Below are positions 27,487 through 36,829 of a DNA stretch of 64,000 nt, piece after piece; within the stretch, counting starts at the first letter, position 1, and each line of letters opens with the position of its first letter. The DNA lies in contig JBBCGH010000001.1 of NCBI GenBank assembly GCA_037200445.1, positions 4,335,162-4,399,161 on the forward strand, given 5' to 3'. The DNA is from Alphaproteobacteria bacterium. Lineage in GTDB: Bacteria; Pseudomonadota; Alphaproteobacteria; Rhizobiales; Xanthobacteraceae. The translations under genes and the position numbers were made by a program. The notes beneath the pieces are model-generated. The model was not told where the DNA came from, searched no databases, and was given only the letters and a program-made list of their open reading frames with translations.

Positions 27487-28593
27487 ATGAACGACGCGCT
27501 GACGCCGGGGCAGCTTGTGCGGAATGCTATGAACGCCAAGGGTTGGGGGGAACGGGACTTGGCGTTTGCCATCGGAACCGCCCCGAACGCCATCAACCAA
27601 ATCCTAAACGACCGCCGGAGCATTAGCCACAGCATGGCTAGGGCGCTCGGGGTGGCGCTGGAACGACCGGCAGAGGACTTCGCACGCGCACAGGCCGAAT
27701 GGGACCTCAGGCGCACCGACGAACCCGACCCCCGTATTTCGGCGCGCGCCCGCATCTTGTCGCGCTACCCGCTGCGGGAGATGGTCAAGCGCGGCTGGAT
27801 CGATCCGGATCACCGTCCGGGCACGCTTGAAGAACAGGTCTGCCAGTTCTTTGGCGTCGCGTCGCTCGATGACGTTCCGCACCTAGAGCACTCCGCGAAG
27901 AAGTCTGACTATTCGGCCCTGCCGCCAGCGCAACTCGCTTGGCTGTTTCGCGTTCGACAAATCGCAAAGGAAATGCATCCACCCCCATACAGCGAAGAGA
28001 AGCTGCGAGAAGCAATCGATGTGCTGAAGGAAATGCGCACCGATCCTGAGGGCGTCCGGCATGTGCCGCGTCTACTGAACGATGCTGGCGTTCGCTATGT
28101 CGTGGCGGAAGGATTGCCGGGCGGCTTGATCGATGGCGTGTGCTTTTGGCTCGGCCCGAATACGCCGGTCATCGGAATGTCGCTGCGGTTCGACCGCATT
28201 GATAATTTCTGGTTCGTGCTTCGCCACGAGTGCGCGCACGTGCTGCACGGGCACGGCAAGGGACAGGCCATTGTTGATGAGGACATGGAGGCGAAAAGCC
28301 TTGCCTCAGACAATGAAGAAGAGCGCATCGCAAACACTGAGGCGGCTGATTTTTGCGTGCCCGCTGAGTCGATGCGTTCCTTCTATTTGCGGAAAAATCC
28401 GTTCTTTTCAGAGAGTGATGTTCTGGCGTTTTCGAAACGCATGAAGGTCCATCCCGGCCTAGCTGTGGGGCAACTCCAGCGGCTCGCTAAGCGATACGAC
28501 CTTTTGCGTAAGCACTTGGTTCGGGTTCGGTCTTACTTGGCCGGGTCAATGATGATGGACGGCTGGGGCGATGTTGTCCCAGTGGGCAGATGA
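27487..28593 (+). CDS. Fusion protein: XRE-type HTH plus ImmA/IrrE-family (COG2856) zinc metallopeptidase
   Basis: N-terminus LVRNAMNAKGWGERDLAFAIGTAPNAINQILNDRRSIS (Cro/C1-type HTH). HExxH in FVLRHECAHVLHGH with a downstream EERIANTEAADF segment. Confidence 0.8.
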   Translation: MNDALTPGQLVRNAMNAKGWGERDLAFAIGTAPNAINQILNDRRSISHSMARALGVALERPAEDFARAQAEWDLRRTDEPDPRISARARILSRYPLREMVKRGWIDPDHRPGTLEEQVCQFFGVASLDDVPHLEHSAKKSDYSALPPAQLAWLFRVRQIAKEMHPPPYSEEKLREAIDVLKEMRTDPEGVRHVPRLLNDAGVRYVVAEGLPGGLIDGVCFWLGPNTPVIGMSLRFDRIDNFWFVLRHECAHVLHGHGKGQAIVDEDMEAKSLASDNEEERIANTEAADFCVPAESMRSFYLRKNPFFSESDVLAFSKRMKVHPGLAVGQLQRLAKRYDLLRKHLVRVRSYLAGSMMMDGWGDVVPVGR

Positions 28594-28605
28594 AGGAGCG
28601 CCACT

Positions 28606-29094
28606 ATGGGCACCTACAAAGAGAACATGCTCGCCATTTGGGAGCAGTACTGCGAAGAGGTTTCGGCCGATCCGGCGGACCTTCGCGAGCTTGGCGATTG
28701 GGCGATCAAGAAGAGGCTATGGTCCCCTCGACCCGTTGACATCGCGGCAAGCTTCGCACGCGATATGGCGGACATCCTTCGTGAGCAAACGCGCCGCGAC
28801 AAGGATGGGCGCGAATATCGTGCTTTCATTCCGGCAAGAACGAGCGGCAAGGATGGAGCGCCTCTATTCAAGTGGGCTGACATCGATCTTGCGCCGCGTG
28901 CTCATGTCGAGAAGGGCGTTCAAAACGAGCGCCGTCAGATCGCGAACGATTGCTTCGCGCTGGCCATGAAGGTGGATCACTACAACGCAACGCACCCGAA
29001 GGAAGAGCAGCTAGTAATCCCGCTCAACTTCGAGGAAGACGTTGAGGAAATGAAAATTGCTCGGGGAATCGGCGAGGAAGACGACGCGGCCTAA
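28606..29094 (+). CDS. Hypothetical protein with an acidic tail, coupled to the XRE/ImmA gene
   Basis: GAAGGAG lies 7 nt before ATG 28606, and the gene starts 12 nt after the upstream stop. 162 aa, C-terminus EEDVEEMKIARGIGEEDDAA. No family recognised. Confidence 0.6.
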   Translation: MGTYKENMLAIWEQYCEEVSADPADLRELGDWAIKKRLWSPRPVDIAASFARDMADILREQTRRDKDGREYRAFIPARTSGKDGAPLFKWADIDLAPRAHVEKGVQNERRQIANDCFALAMKVDHYNATHPKEEQLVIPLNFEEDVEEMKIARGIGEEDDAA

Positions 29095-29318
29095 CGCGTC
29101 TTTTTCCAGCGGGCACCAGCCGCCGCACGCGCAATCTCCGAACGCTGTTCAGGCGTAAGAGCCGCCGCGCGTGCCTTGCCACCTTTCAGGCCGCCCTTGG
29201 CGCGCTTAGGGGCTTTGCCGTAGTCCTCGTCAGCCTCGCCAGTCGCGACCCGCATCACGCGAACCGCGTTGCCGATGACATCGGCTGGGCGTTTCTCGCC
29301 TTTGGGGCCTCTAGGCAT
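29091..29318 (-). CDS. Small basic protein (75 aa), unknown function
   Basis: MPRGPKGEKRPADVIGNAVRVMRVATGE...KGGKARAAALTPEQRSEIARAAAGARWKK. I recall this pattern from mobile or prophage contexts in Alphaproteobacteria. Its 3' end overlaps the convergent gene by 4 nt. Confidence 0.5.
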   Translation of the reverse strand: MPRGPKGEKRPADVIGNAVRVMRVATGEADEDYGKAPKRAKGGLKGGKARAAALTPEQRSEIARAAAGARWKKTR

Positions 29319-29583
29319 AGTCCCAACCTATTTCGTCATCCCAACCCATTTTGTAGCACCTCATGTAGTCATAGGCACAATAGAAGCCCAGCAACTTGAT
29401 TAGGTTCATCTGAATCTCTCGGGCGTCCGAGAGACCGGCAATGGCTTCTTCAATCTGGTAGTCATTGGATAGACCGGCGCGGGCGGCCCAATACCCCTTG
29501 GCGGGCCTCGCTGCGCTGGTCCCAAGACGAAAATGCTTTCGGTCTTGCCCAGCTTGACGCGGGGAAAATTCGCTGTGCTGCAT
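29311..29583 (-). CDS. Hypothetical ORF (90 aa or shorter)
   Basis: Open frame overlapping the downstream small gene by 8 nt. Only the C-terminal part (MNLIKLLGFYCAYDYMRCYKMGWDDEIGWDYA) looks protein-like. Weak support. Confidence 0.3.
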   Translation of the reverse strand: MQHSEFSPRQAGQDRKHFRLGTSAARPAKGYWAARAGLSNDYQIEEAIAGLSDAREIQMNLIKLLGFYCAYDYMRCYKMGWDDEIGWDYA

Positions 29584-29725
29584 TGGAGCCTCGCGTGCCA
29601 GTAGTCTGGCACGCGCTCATAATAGGCCCGTCCGGCCTAGCCCGCTATCCCGGCCCCGTCGGACCAAATTCAAACTGAGACACTACCTGGCCAAAGCAGA
29701 CCTTCAAAATCGACGGGTGCGCGAC

Positions 29726-30664
29726 CTAGCTTGCGCGGCGCTGAGGCTGTTGCACCGCCTTCACGCGGTGGTCGAGCCGCAGGGTGAGACAGCAGGCCGA
29801 CCCGCCCGAACGCTGGAACGCATCGAGCGGCGTTTCGATCACGCGGTAGCCGCGCTCCTCGAGCGTGCGCCGCAGCGCCGGGCTGGCCGACGAGAGCACG
29901 ATGTTACGGCCGACCACGACGGCGTTCGCGGCGAAGCGCGCGGCATCCTCGGATGAAAGCGCGATGCGGTCGGCCGGCGCAACATGTGCATGGATCGTCT
30001 CCAGCGCCGCGGACGTGAACGCGCCCGGATAGTAGATGACGCTCCCGCAGGGCAGCGCGCACATCGCGGTGTCGAGATGATAGTAGCTCGCCTCGCTGAG
30101 CTTGAGCGGCAGGCACGGCACGCCGAACGCGGCCTCGATCTCGCGCGCGGCCGCCTCGTCCGAGCGAAAGCCGCAACCCATCCAGAACAGTTTTCGCGTG
30201 CGGTCCCACAGGCAGTCGCCTGCGCCTTCGAGCGCGATGCCGCGCGGCAGCTCGATCACCGTGTCGATCAGGGAGCGCTCGGCGAGCGCGCGGAAGGCCG
30301 CGGCGAACACCGGCTCCTCGATTTGCCGCTCCGGATGACGGAAGCGCGCCAGCAGCGCCTTGCCGTCGAGCACCACCGCGGCGTTGGCGGTGAAGACGAG
30401 ATCCGGCGCGCCTTCGAGCGGCGGGACCGTTTCGATGATCGCGCCCGCCTCGCGCAGCGTCGCATGCAGCGCCATCCACTGCTGCGCGGCGCGCGCCTGC
30501 AAGGCAGTGCCATCGTCCGCCCACTTGGCCGGGTCCATCCAGGGATTGATGCTGTAGGTGACCGCGAAGTGCTGCGGCGGGCACATCAGGAAGCGAGGCG
30601 TCGCAACGGTCAAGGTGCTGGACCTTTCTGCCGGCGAATCGAAGCGCGCGGCGCAGCGTAACAC
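29726..30664 (-). CDS. Amidinotransferase / dimethylarginine dimethylaminohydrolase-fold enzyme (guanidino-group modifying superfamily)
   Basis: RFLMCPPQHFAVTYSINPWM at the N-terminus and the catalytic-Cys context SGGSACCLT near the C-terminus. The first ATG in a good context is at 30586, so the true start is uncertain. Confidence 0.75.
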   Translation of the reverse strand: MLRCAARFDSPAERSSTLTVATPRFLMCPPQHFAVTYSINPWMDPAKWADDGTALQARAAQQWMALHATLREAGAIIETVPPLEGAPDLVFTANAAVVLDGKALLARFRHPERQIEEPVFAAAFRALAERSLIDTVIELPRGIALEGAGDCLWDRTRKLFWMGCGFRSDEAAAREIEAAFGVPCLPLKLSEASYYHLDTAMCALPCGSVIYYPGAFTSAALETIHAHVAPADRIALSSEDAARFAANAVVVGRNIVLSSASPALRRTLEERGYRVIETPLDAFQRSGGSACCLTLRLDHRVKAVQQPQRRAS

Positions 30665-30738
30665 GCGCCATCAGGTAGGCGGCGGTGCGTCGCCTGCAAG
30701 ACCGCAGGACAATTTGCGCGGATTAAGAAAGGGTAATC

Positions 30739-31923
30739 TTACGCCGGCACGGCCTTCGCGAGATATTCCACCGCCGCTTGCGCGCCGCCCTTGCCGTGCG
30801 GGATGGCAAGCGCCGCGAGCGCCATCTCCACGACGCTGAGCGTGCCGAAGATCATCGGCGCATTGACGTGGCCCATGTGCGCAATGCGGAACGCCTTGCC
30901 CTCATGCGCGCCCAAACCCCGCCCGAGCACCACGCCGCACTTGTCGCGGCAGTAGTTCGCGATCGCAGTCGAGCTTGCGCCATTGCGCATCAGCACGGTG
31001 GTGACCGTGTCGGAGCGCTCCTCCGGCTCCGAGCAGTTGAAGCCGATCGACTGCCCCTCGGCCCAGGTGCCGACCGCGCGGCGCGTCGCCTCGGCGAGCA
31101 GGCGATGGCGCGCGAACGCGTTCTCCACTCCCTCGGCGAAGAGCAAGTCGAGCGCGGCGCGCAGTCCGAACAGCAGGTGCTCCGGCGGCGTGCCGCAGTA
31201 TTTGTGGTAGTGCACATCGCCGTCGCGGAAGGTCCAGTCCCAGTAGGGCGTGCGCATGTTGGCAGTCTTGTGCGCGTCGCGCGCACGCGGACCAGCGGCG
31301 GTGAACGAGAGGCCCGGCGGCGTCATCAGCCCCTTCTGCGAACCCGCCATCGCGACGTCCACACCCCACTTGTCCATCTCGAACGGCATGCAGCCGAGCG
31401 AGGCGACCGCATCGACCATGAGCAGCGCATCGCTGCCCGCCGCATCGCGCGCCTTGCCGATCGCCGCGATATCGTTCTGCACGCCGGACGCGGTATCGAC
31501 CTGCGTCACCAGGATCGCCTTGATGCTGCGGTCCGCCTTGAGCTTCGCCTCCACGGCTTCCGGCTGCACGGCGCGGCGGATATCGCCTGCGAGCACCTCG
31601 ACCTCGGCGCCGAGCATCTTCGCGGCCTCTCCCCAGGCGATCGCGAAGCGCCCGCTTTCCAGCACCAGCACCTTGTCGCCGCGCGAGAGCACGTTGGTGA
31701 GCGCGGCCTCCCAGGCGCCATGGCCGTTCGCCGCGTAGATGTAGGAGCGCCCCGCGGTGTTGAAGATGCGGCTCATGTCGGCGAGCAGCGAGTCGGTGAG
31801 CGCGACCAGCGGCCCCGCATAGATGTCGACCGCCGGCTTCTGCATGGCGGCGAGCACGGTATCCGGGATGACGGTCGGACCCGGGATGGAGAGAAATTCA
31901 CGGCCGGCGGAAACGGACATCAT
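30739..31923 (-). CDS. Class V PLP-dependent aminotransferase (serine-glyoxylate/alanine-glyoxylate type)
   Basis: FLSIPGPTVIPDTVLAAM at the N-terminus and the PLP-Lys context AGSQKGLMTPPGLSF. Confidence 0.85.
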   Translation of the reverse strand: MMSVSAGREFLSIPGPTVIPDTVLAAMQKPAVDIYAGPLVALTDSLLADMSRIFNTAGRSYIYAANGHGAWEAALTNVLSRGDKVLVLESGRFAIAWGEAAKMLGAEVEVLAGDIRRAVQPEAVEAKLKADRSIKAILVTQVDTASGVQNDIAAIGKARDAAGSDALLMVDAVASLGCMPFEMDKWGVDVAMAGSQKGLMTPPGLSFTAAGPRARDAHKTANMRTPYWDWTFRDGDVHYHKYCGTPPEHLLFGLRAALDLLFAEGVENAFARHRLLAEATRRAVGTWAEGQSIGFNCSEPEERSDTVTTVLMRNGASSTAIANYCRDKCGVVLGRGLGAHEGKAFRIAHMGHVNAPMIFGTLSVVEMALAALAIPHGKGGAQAAVEYLAKAVPA

Positions 31924-32157
31924 TATCCTCGTTGGGGGAAACGGAAACGCGCCTGCCTAGCATGTTTTGCTGCGCCGTCCGATCAATGAATTTGACTGAT
32001 GGATCAACGGGATTGACGGCGCGGCGGCGCCGCGCGCCCGCTGTGGTCCCTCCCGCCGCACGGGGAGGAACGGGGTGGGAACCTTTTTTTGCCGCAAAGC
32101 CGCCTATACTACCTATGGTTAAGTCATTTCAAACCTGAGATTTGAAGGAGCACGATC

Positions 32158-32502
32158 ATGGCACTCACTTACGAACTGCAGCGCGATTGCCTGAACAACG
32201 CGGAGGACGCCGGCGGCCGCTGGCAGATCGAAGGCGGCAAGGCGTTCGAGGAGAAGAAGCACGTCGCCAATTATTCGAGCGTGAAACGGGTCAGCTGTGG
32301 CACGCAGGAGCAGAACACGGCGCAGCTGTGGCTCACTTTGTTCTTCATCGGGCAGAAGCCGCCCGAGAACATCACCCTGCACGGCGCGCACGACTTCAAC
32401 AGCGGCGGCGAGATCGGCAGCGTCAGCGCGGCGTCGGGCGCGTTCGCGCCGCACATCGGCAAGCAGTTCAAGCGCGTCGTGAACACGCTCACCATCGCGT
32501 AG
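32158..32502 (+). CDS. Hypothetical protein (114 aa)
   Basis: AAGGAG lies 8 nt upstream of the ATG. Codon usage looks native. No family recognised. Confidence 0.6.
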   Translation: MALTYELQRDCLNNAEDAGGRWQIEGGKAFEEKKHVANYSSVKRVSCGTQEQNTAQLWLTLFFIGQKPPENITLHGAHDFNSGGEIGSVSAASGAFAPHIGKQFKRVVNTLTIA

Positions 32503-32658
32503 CCGGCGCGGCGGAAGCGGCATCCCGTCCGGGACAACGAGCGGAGCGCGCCAGCCGGCGAAGCGGCGCGCTCCAGGCCTTGACGCGCCTCGCGAAGGGG
32601 CCGATCTCCGGTGCGCCGGAGATCGCCGGCCGATACGGCCAGCCCGCGGGGAAACGTC

Positions 32659-33648
32659 ATGACCTTGCACCGCCGCCGATTTCTGCATGTCGCGGCCGCC
32701 GCCGCGTTGCCGGCGCTCCCGCGCAGCGCTGCCGCCGAGATCTACCCGAGCCGCCCCATCACATTCATCGTGCCCTTCCCGCCCGGCGCCGCCACGGACG
32801 TTTGCGCCCGCATCGTGGCCGACCACATGTCGCGCACGCTTGGGGTACAGCTCATCGTCCAGAATGTCGCGGGCGCCGGCGGCACCGTCGGCTCGACCCG
32901 CGCAATGCGCGCGGAGGCGGATGGCTACACCATCCTGATGGGGCAGATGGGCACCCACGCGGCCGCCGTCGCGCTCTATCCGAACCTTGCCTACCGGCCG
33001 GCCGAGGACTTCGAGGCAATCGGCATGGTCGCGGGCTTTCCGCTGATGATCGTGGCGCGCAAGGATTTTCCCGCGGACGATCTCAAAGAATTTATCGCTT
33101 ACCTGAAAGCGAACGATGCCGGGATCAATCAGGGGCACGCCGGCGTCGGCTCAATCTTCTTCACCGCGTGCCTCCTCTTCAATTCGATGCTCGGCACCAA
33201 GCCGACGCTGGTGCCGTTCGCCGGCGGCGCGCCGGCCATGAACGCGCTGGTGGGCGGCCAGGTCGATTTTATGTGCGCCGACATCCTCACCGGCGCGCCG
33301 CATTTCCTCGACGGCAAGGTCAAGGCCTTTGCGCTGGCGGCGCCGGCGCGCAATGCGAACATACCGACCGTCCCGACCACCGCCGAAGCCGGGCTACCCG
33401 ACTACGTGGTGACCGGCTGGAACGGCCTGTTCGCGCCGAAGGACACACCGGCGCCGATCGTCGATCAGCTCGCAGCGGCGCTCGACAAGGCGCTCGACGA
33501 CGAGACGACGCGAAAGAGGTTGACCACGCTCGGCTGCGACATCCCCGGCAAGCCGCAGCGCGGGCCGGCGCCGTTCCGCGCTTTGGTCAAAGCCGAGATC
33601 GCGCGCTGGAGCCCGATCATCAAGGCGGCTGGGGTGAGGATGGATTAG
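32659..33648 (+). CDS. Tripartite tricarboxylate transporter substrate-binding protein (Bug/TctC family)
   Basis: Start at MTLHRRRFLHVAAAAALPALP (Tat-like signal). YPSRPITFIVPFPPGAATD and VTGWNGLFAPKDTP are Bug-family hallmarks. Confidence 0.85.
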   Translation: MTLHRRRFLHVAAAAALPALPRSAAAEIYPSRPITFIVPFPPGAATDVCARIVADHMSRTLGVQLIVQNVAGAGGTVGSTRAMRAEADGYTILMGQMGTHAAAVALYPNLAYRPAEDFEAIGMVAGFPLMIVARKDFPADDLKEFIAYLKANDAGINQGHAGVGSIFFTACLLFNSMLGTKPTLVPFAGGAPAMNALVGGQVDFMCADILTGAPHFLDGKVKAFALAAPARNANIPTVPTTAEAGLPDYVVTGWNGLFAPKDTPAPIVDQLAAALDKALDDETTRKRLTTLGCDIPGKPQRGPAPFRALVKAEIARWSPIIKAAGVRMD

Positions 33649-33806
33649 GCTCTGACTTGAGAGCCGACACTAACGCGCAGCTTTAGACAGACTTGCAGTC
33701 ATTCCAGTCACGGTCGTGTTGGCAGAACACCCATCTGCGCCCGGGTCCGCATATTGTTGATTGAAAACATCCATATCTGTGACTCCCGCCCCGAAATTAT
33801 TTACAA

Positions 33807-34850
33807 TTGCAATATGTTAGCGTGATTCTATGTACGGCCCGTTCAGATGGCATCACCGTGAGTGTCGAACAAGAATTAGCGACAGACCACAGCGACCCCG
33901 CGCAACTACTTGCAAGTTTGCGCAGGGACTATTCGGGTTTGTCTTCTCGCATTCGTGATCTGCGTCACTCCGTAACTTCGAACTGCTCCGGTGTCACGTT
34001 TCGCCTGCACTTTCCCGCACTCCGAGACGGAGCGGCGACGGTGTCGGATTTAGTGAATGTTGTTGTCCGTTACCTGACCGTATTCGCCCTGCCGCGCTCC
34101 CGTATTGCAGAGCTCGACGAACAAATTGGACAAATCTCTGCGGACGAATTCAGACTTCGAACGCTGGCGCTTCAGCAAGAAGCGACCAGCCTCTTCATGC
34201 GTTCGCAACAGGCTACCAGACGAAACGGCGAAGCAGGAGAGCTTTTGCTTTTCTTGTTGACGGAATGGGCCTTGGAGGCACCTCAATTACTGGCAAAGAT
34301 GAGTCTGAAAACCAACCGTGAGATGCCCGTCCACGGATCAGATGGGATTCACGTCAAGTACTGTCCCGTTAACAAGAAGCTCCTTCTCTACTGGGGTGAG
34401 TCCAAGATTCACAAGGATGTAGGAAAAGCAGTAAGTAGTGCTGTTACTTCAATTGTAACCGCCCTGAAGGACGAAAACATCAATCACGAGCTGAAGCTCG
34501 TAGAGCGATTCATCGACTTGAGCGGGCTTACGCCTGCGGCGAAGGCTGCGGTACTAGGGCATCTAGACCCGCTCGACGAGCGTTCCAATCAGCGTATCAA
34601 TATCACAACTTGCCTAATTGGCTTTGATTTCGACGCATATGAAAAGAATGAAGTTATAAAGAGTCCAGACCCTGAGGCAGCATTCCGCCTGCTCGCTATA
34701 GCAAAGTTGGGAGAGCTCGCTCCGCGAGTCGCTACCGCACTAGCCAACGCTGGCATCCATGATCACAAGATCGAGCTTTTCTTTTTTCCGGTCCCGTCGG
34801 TCGAAACGTTGAGAGATCTATTCCAAGCGGCGATCGGCTGGAAACGATGA
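33807..34850 (+). CDS. hamA: DUF1837/HamA-like protein (putative PD-(D/E)xK nuclease effector of a Hachiman-type system)
   Basis: Core NGEAGELLLFLLTEWALEAPQLLAKMSLKTNREMPVHGSDGIHVKY...LLLYWGESKIHKD matches my memory of the DUF1837 signature (GExGE..L, K.s....v.G.DG.H, GE(S/A)K). GESK is at 34395-34406. The listed start is TTG; GTG at 33822 or 33858 is possible. Low G+C. Confidence 0.7.
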   Translation: MQYVSVILCTARSDGITVSVEQELATDHSDPAQLLASLRRDYSGLSSRIRDLRHSVTSNCSGVTFRLHFPALRDGAATVSDLVNVVVRYLTVFALPRSRIAELDEQIGQISADEFRLRTLALQQEATSLFMRSQQATRRNGEAGELLLFLLTEWALEAPQLLAKMSLKTNREMPVHGSDGIHVKYCPVNKKLLLYWGESKIHKDVGKAVSSAVTSIVTALKDENINHELKLVERFIDLSGLTPAAKAAVLGHLDPLDERSNQRINITTCLIGFDFDAYEKNEVIKSPDPEAAFRLLAIAKLGELAPRVATALANAGIHDHKIELFFFPVPSVETLRDLFQAAIGWKR

Positions 34851-36829
34851 TTCAGGATCTTTCTGACAAGGTGTGGTCGAATCCACGCTTTCACACGACA
34901 GCCAAGGCCGTTGAAGCTGCTTGGCTCAGAAGAGAACTCGGAATCAATACTGAATCATTGGTCACCGAGAATATTGCCGCGAGAGCCATGGAAGCCGCGG
35001 CCATCTTGGCGTGCTCAAGACAACTCGAACGGAGGCGAGCCGCACACCGCGTTGCGACGTGCGCATTCGAGCTGTTTGAGAAAAGTGATCTACCTTTTGA
35101 TGCGGCGCTGCGAGTAGTACTGGCTCGGCTTTCAAATTTTCCAGCGATGATAACTAAGAAAGAGATCGACGATTCAATAAGTACTTTACCGTGGGTCTTC
35201 GCCCTAGAAGAGCTCGTCGCTGCAGATAGGACAACGATCCAAATTAACAATCGCCTCGTCCGACTAACGAACTATCAGCGGCGATTGTGGGATAGTCTGC
35301 AACGTAAACAGTCTGTGGCTCTCTCCGCTCCTACTTCTGCGGGGAAGTCTTTCATCCTTCAGCTGTACATATCATCCATTTTTGCGAATGGTGCGCCCTC
35401 GGTTGTCTACATAGTTCCAACGCGAGCGCTAATTTCCCAAGTAGCCCGCGAGATCGATGAGCTATTTCGTAAGGAGGGGCAAGTTGTTCCGGAAATCGTT
35501 ACAGTCCCGCTGAGATCGGGTGCCGACCCTCCAAGCTCCTCAATCTACGTCATGACTCAGGAGCGTGTTCACCTGTCCCTTGAGTCTAATCCGCTCTTGC
35601 ACGCTACTCTTCTCGTTGTTGATGAAGCTCACTCTATTGCTGAGGGCTCGCGGGGCATTCTGCTGCATAGCGTGATTGACCAGCTACTACGCCGCAATCC
35701 CACAGCCCAAGTATTGTTTGCTAGTCCAACCACGCGCAACTTGTCGCTTTTCGGAGAGCTTTTTGCTCTGGAGGTCGAAAGACGCCCTTCGCGAGAACCA
35801 ACTGTTTCTCAAAACTTCTTGTTTGTTAGCTCGAATAGTCCAGCCAAGGGCCACGTCGCAATCAGCGCCACGGATGGAACGCGACAGCCAATATCAATCG
35901 GCGAGATACAAACTGGCCTAGCCTTGTCTAGTCGAATCGACCGGCTAGCGCATCTTCCAGACAAACTGTGCGCCAGACAACCTAATCTCGTTTACGCAAA
36001 CGGCGCCGACGAAGCCGAAGAGATTGCCTTGCGGATAGCCAGAACTCGCGAAAATCGCGAGCCAACAGCTCGGCTCCTGGCACTCCGGACACTCTCGGCC
36101 GAGTCAGTACATCGCAAGTACATTCTCGGCGAATGTGTAATAAAGGGTGTCGGATTTCATTATTCCAACATACCGACAGTCGTACGTCACGAGATTGAGG
36201 CGGCATTTGCCTCCGGCGATTTGGACTGCCTTGTATGCACAAGCACTCTGTTGCAGGGCGTCAACCTTCCCGCGAAGAATATCTTCATGTTGAAGCCTAC
36301 AAGGGGGCGGGACTCACCAATGGAATCCCCCGACTTCTGGAACTTGTCCGGGAGAGCCGGCCGTCTGATGCGAGAGTTTCAGGGGAACATCTTTTTAATT
36401 GACTACCACAGTTGGAGCAGGAAGCCGCTCAGCGGCCCAAAGGATACCGAAATTGCATCGGCCATCGAAACGACAGTTCGATTCCGACAAGAAGAGCTAG
36501 CAAATGTCATAGCGGGTGCCGAAGGAGGGCGATTTAGGCGCAGACCAATTGATCTAGATAGCGCTTTCGTTCGTCTTCTCTCGGACCTAAGAGATGGATC
36601 CCTTCGGCAGACATTCGAGCGAATTGGATTGCCGGCGAGCGAGCGCGCCGAGTTGACCGCTGCTTTAGAGAGCGCAGGCGCTGCGATTCTCGCTTCCGGA
36701 CGAAGTGTTGCGGCGTACGCCAAGCGTCTCTCCGCACAAACAGCAAAGGTTGTACCGGCGACTAAAGGGGCTGATCGATCACCAACCGAGCACTATCCAG
36801 AATCTCATTCCCCTCCACCCACGCGATGA
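34847..36829 (+). CDS. hamB: SF2 DEAH-box helicase, HamB-like (N-terminal roughly 615 codons credible; the tail after about 36690 is out of frame)
   Basis: ATGA overlap with hamA. Walker A APTSAGKS (35327-35350), DEAH (35621-35632), motif III FASPT, motif VI SGRAGR (36347-36364). The last roughly 45 codons (SVAAYAKRLSAQTAKVVPATKGADRSPTEHYPESHSPPPTR) look non-coding. Confidence 0.75.
   Translation: MIQDLSDKVWSNPRFHTTAKAVEAAWLRRELGINTESLVTENIAARAMEAAAILACSRQLERRRAAHRVATCAFELFEKSDLPFDAALRVVLARLSNFPAMITKKEIDDSISTLPWVFALEELVAADRTTIQINNRLVRLTNYQRRLWDSLQRKQSVALSAPTSAGKSFILQLYISSIFANGAPSVVYIVPTRALISQVAREIDELFRKEGQVVPEIVTVPLRSGADPPSSSIYVMTQERVHLSLESNPLLHATLLVVDEAHSIAEGSRGILLHSVIDQLLRRNPTAQVLFASPTTRNLSLFGELFALEVERRPSREPTVSQNFLFVSSNSPAKGHVAISATDGTRQPISIGEIQTGLALSSRIDRLAHLPDKLCARQPNLVYANGADEAEEIALRIARTRENREPTARLLALRTLSAESVHRKYILGECVIKGVGFHYSNIPTVVRHEIEAAFASGDLDCLVCTSTLLQGVNLPAKNIFMLKPTRGRDSPMESPDFWNLSGRAGRLMREFQGNIFLIDYHSWSRKPLSGPKDTEIASAIETTVRFRQEELANVIAGAEGGRFRRRPIDLDSAFVRLLSDLRDGSLRQTFERIGLPASERAELTAALESAGAAILASGRSVAAYAKRLSAQTAKVVPATKGADRSPTEHYPESHSPPPTR

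Noticed and set aside
32030-32157. Hairpin (gtccctccc...gggaggaac) and a T7 run upstream of ORF 32158, considered as a riboswitch or terminator
   Set aside because: The T-run lies 12 nt beyond the stem, there is no upstream plus-strand gene, and I recognise no known riboswitch consensus. The evidence is too weak to call.
33648-33665. 6-bp hairpin ggctct-gacttg-agagcc after the TctC-type gene as a terminator
   Set aside because: The stem is short and there is no T-run. It is not distinguishable from chance in GC-rich DNA.
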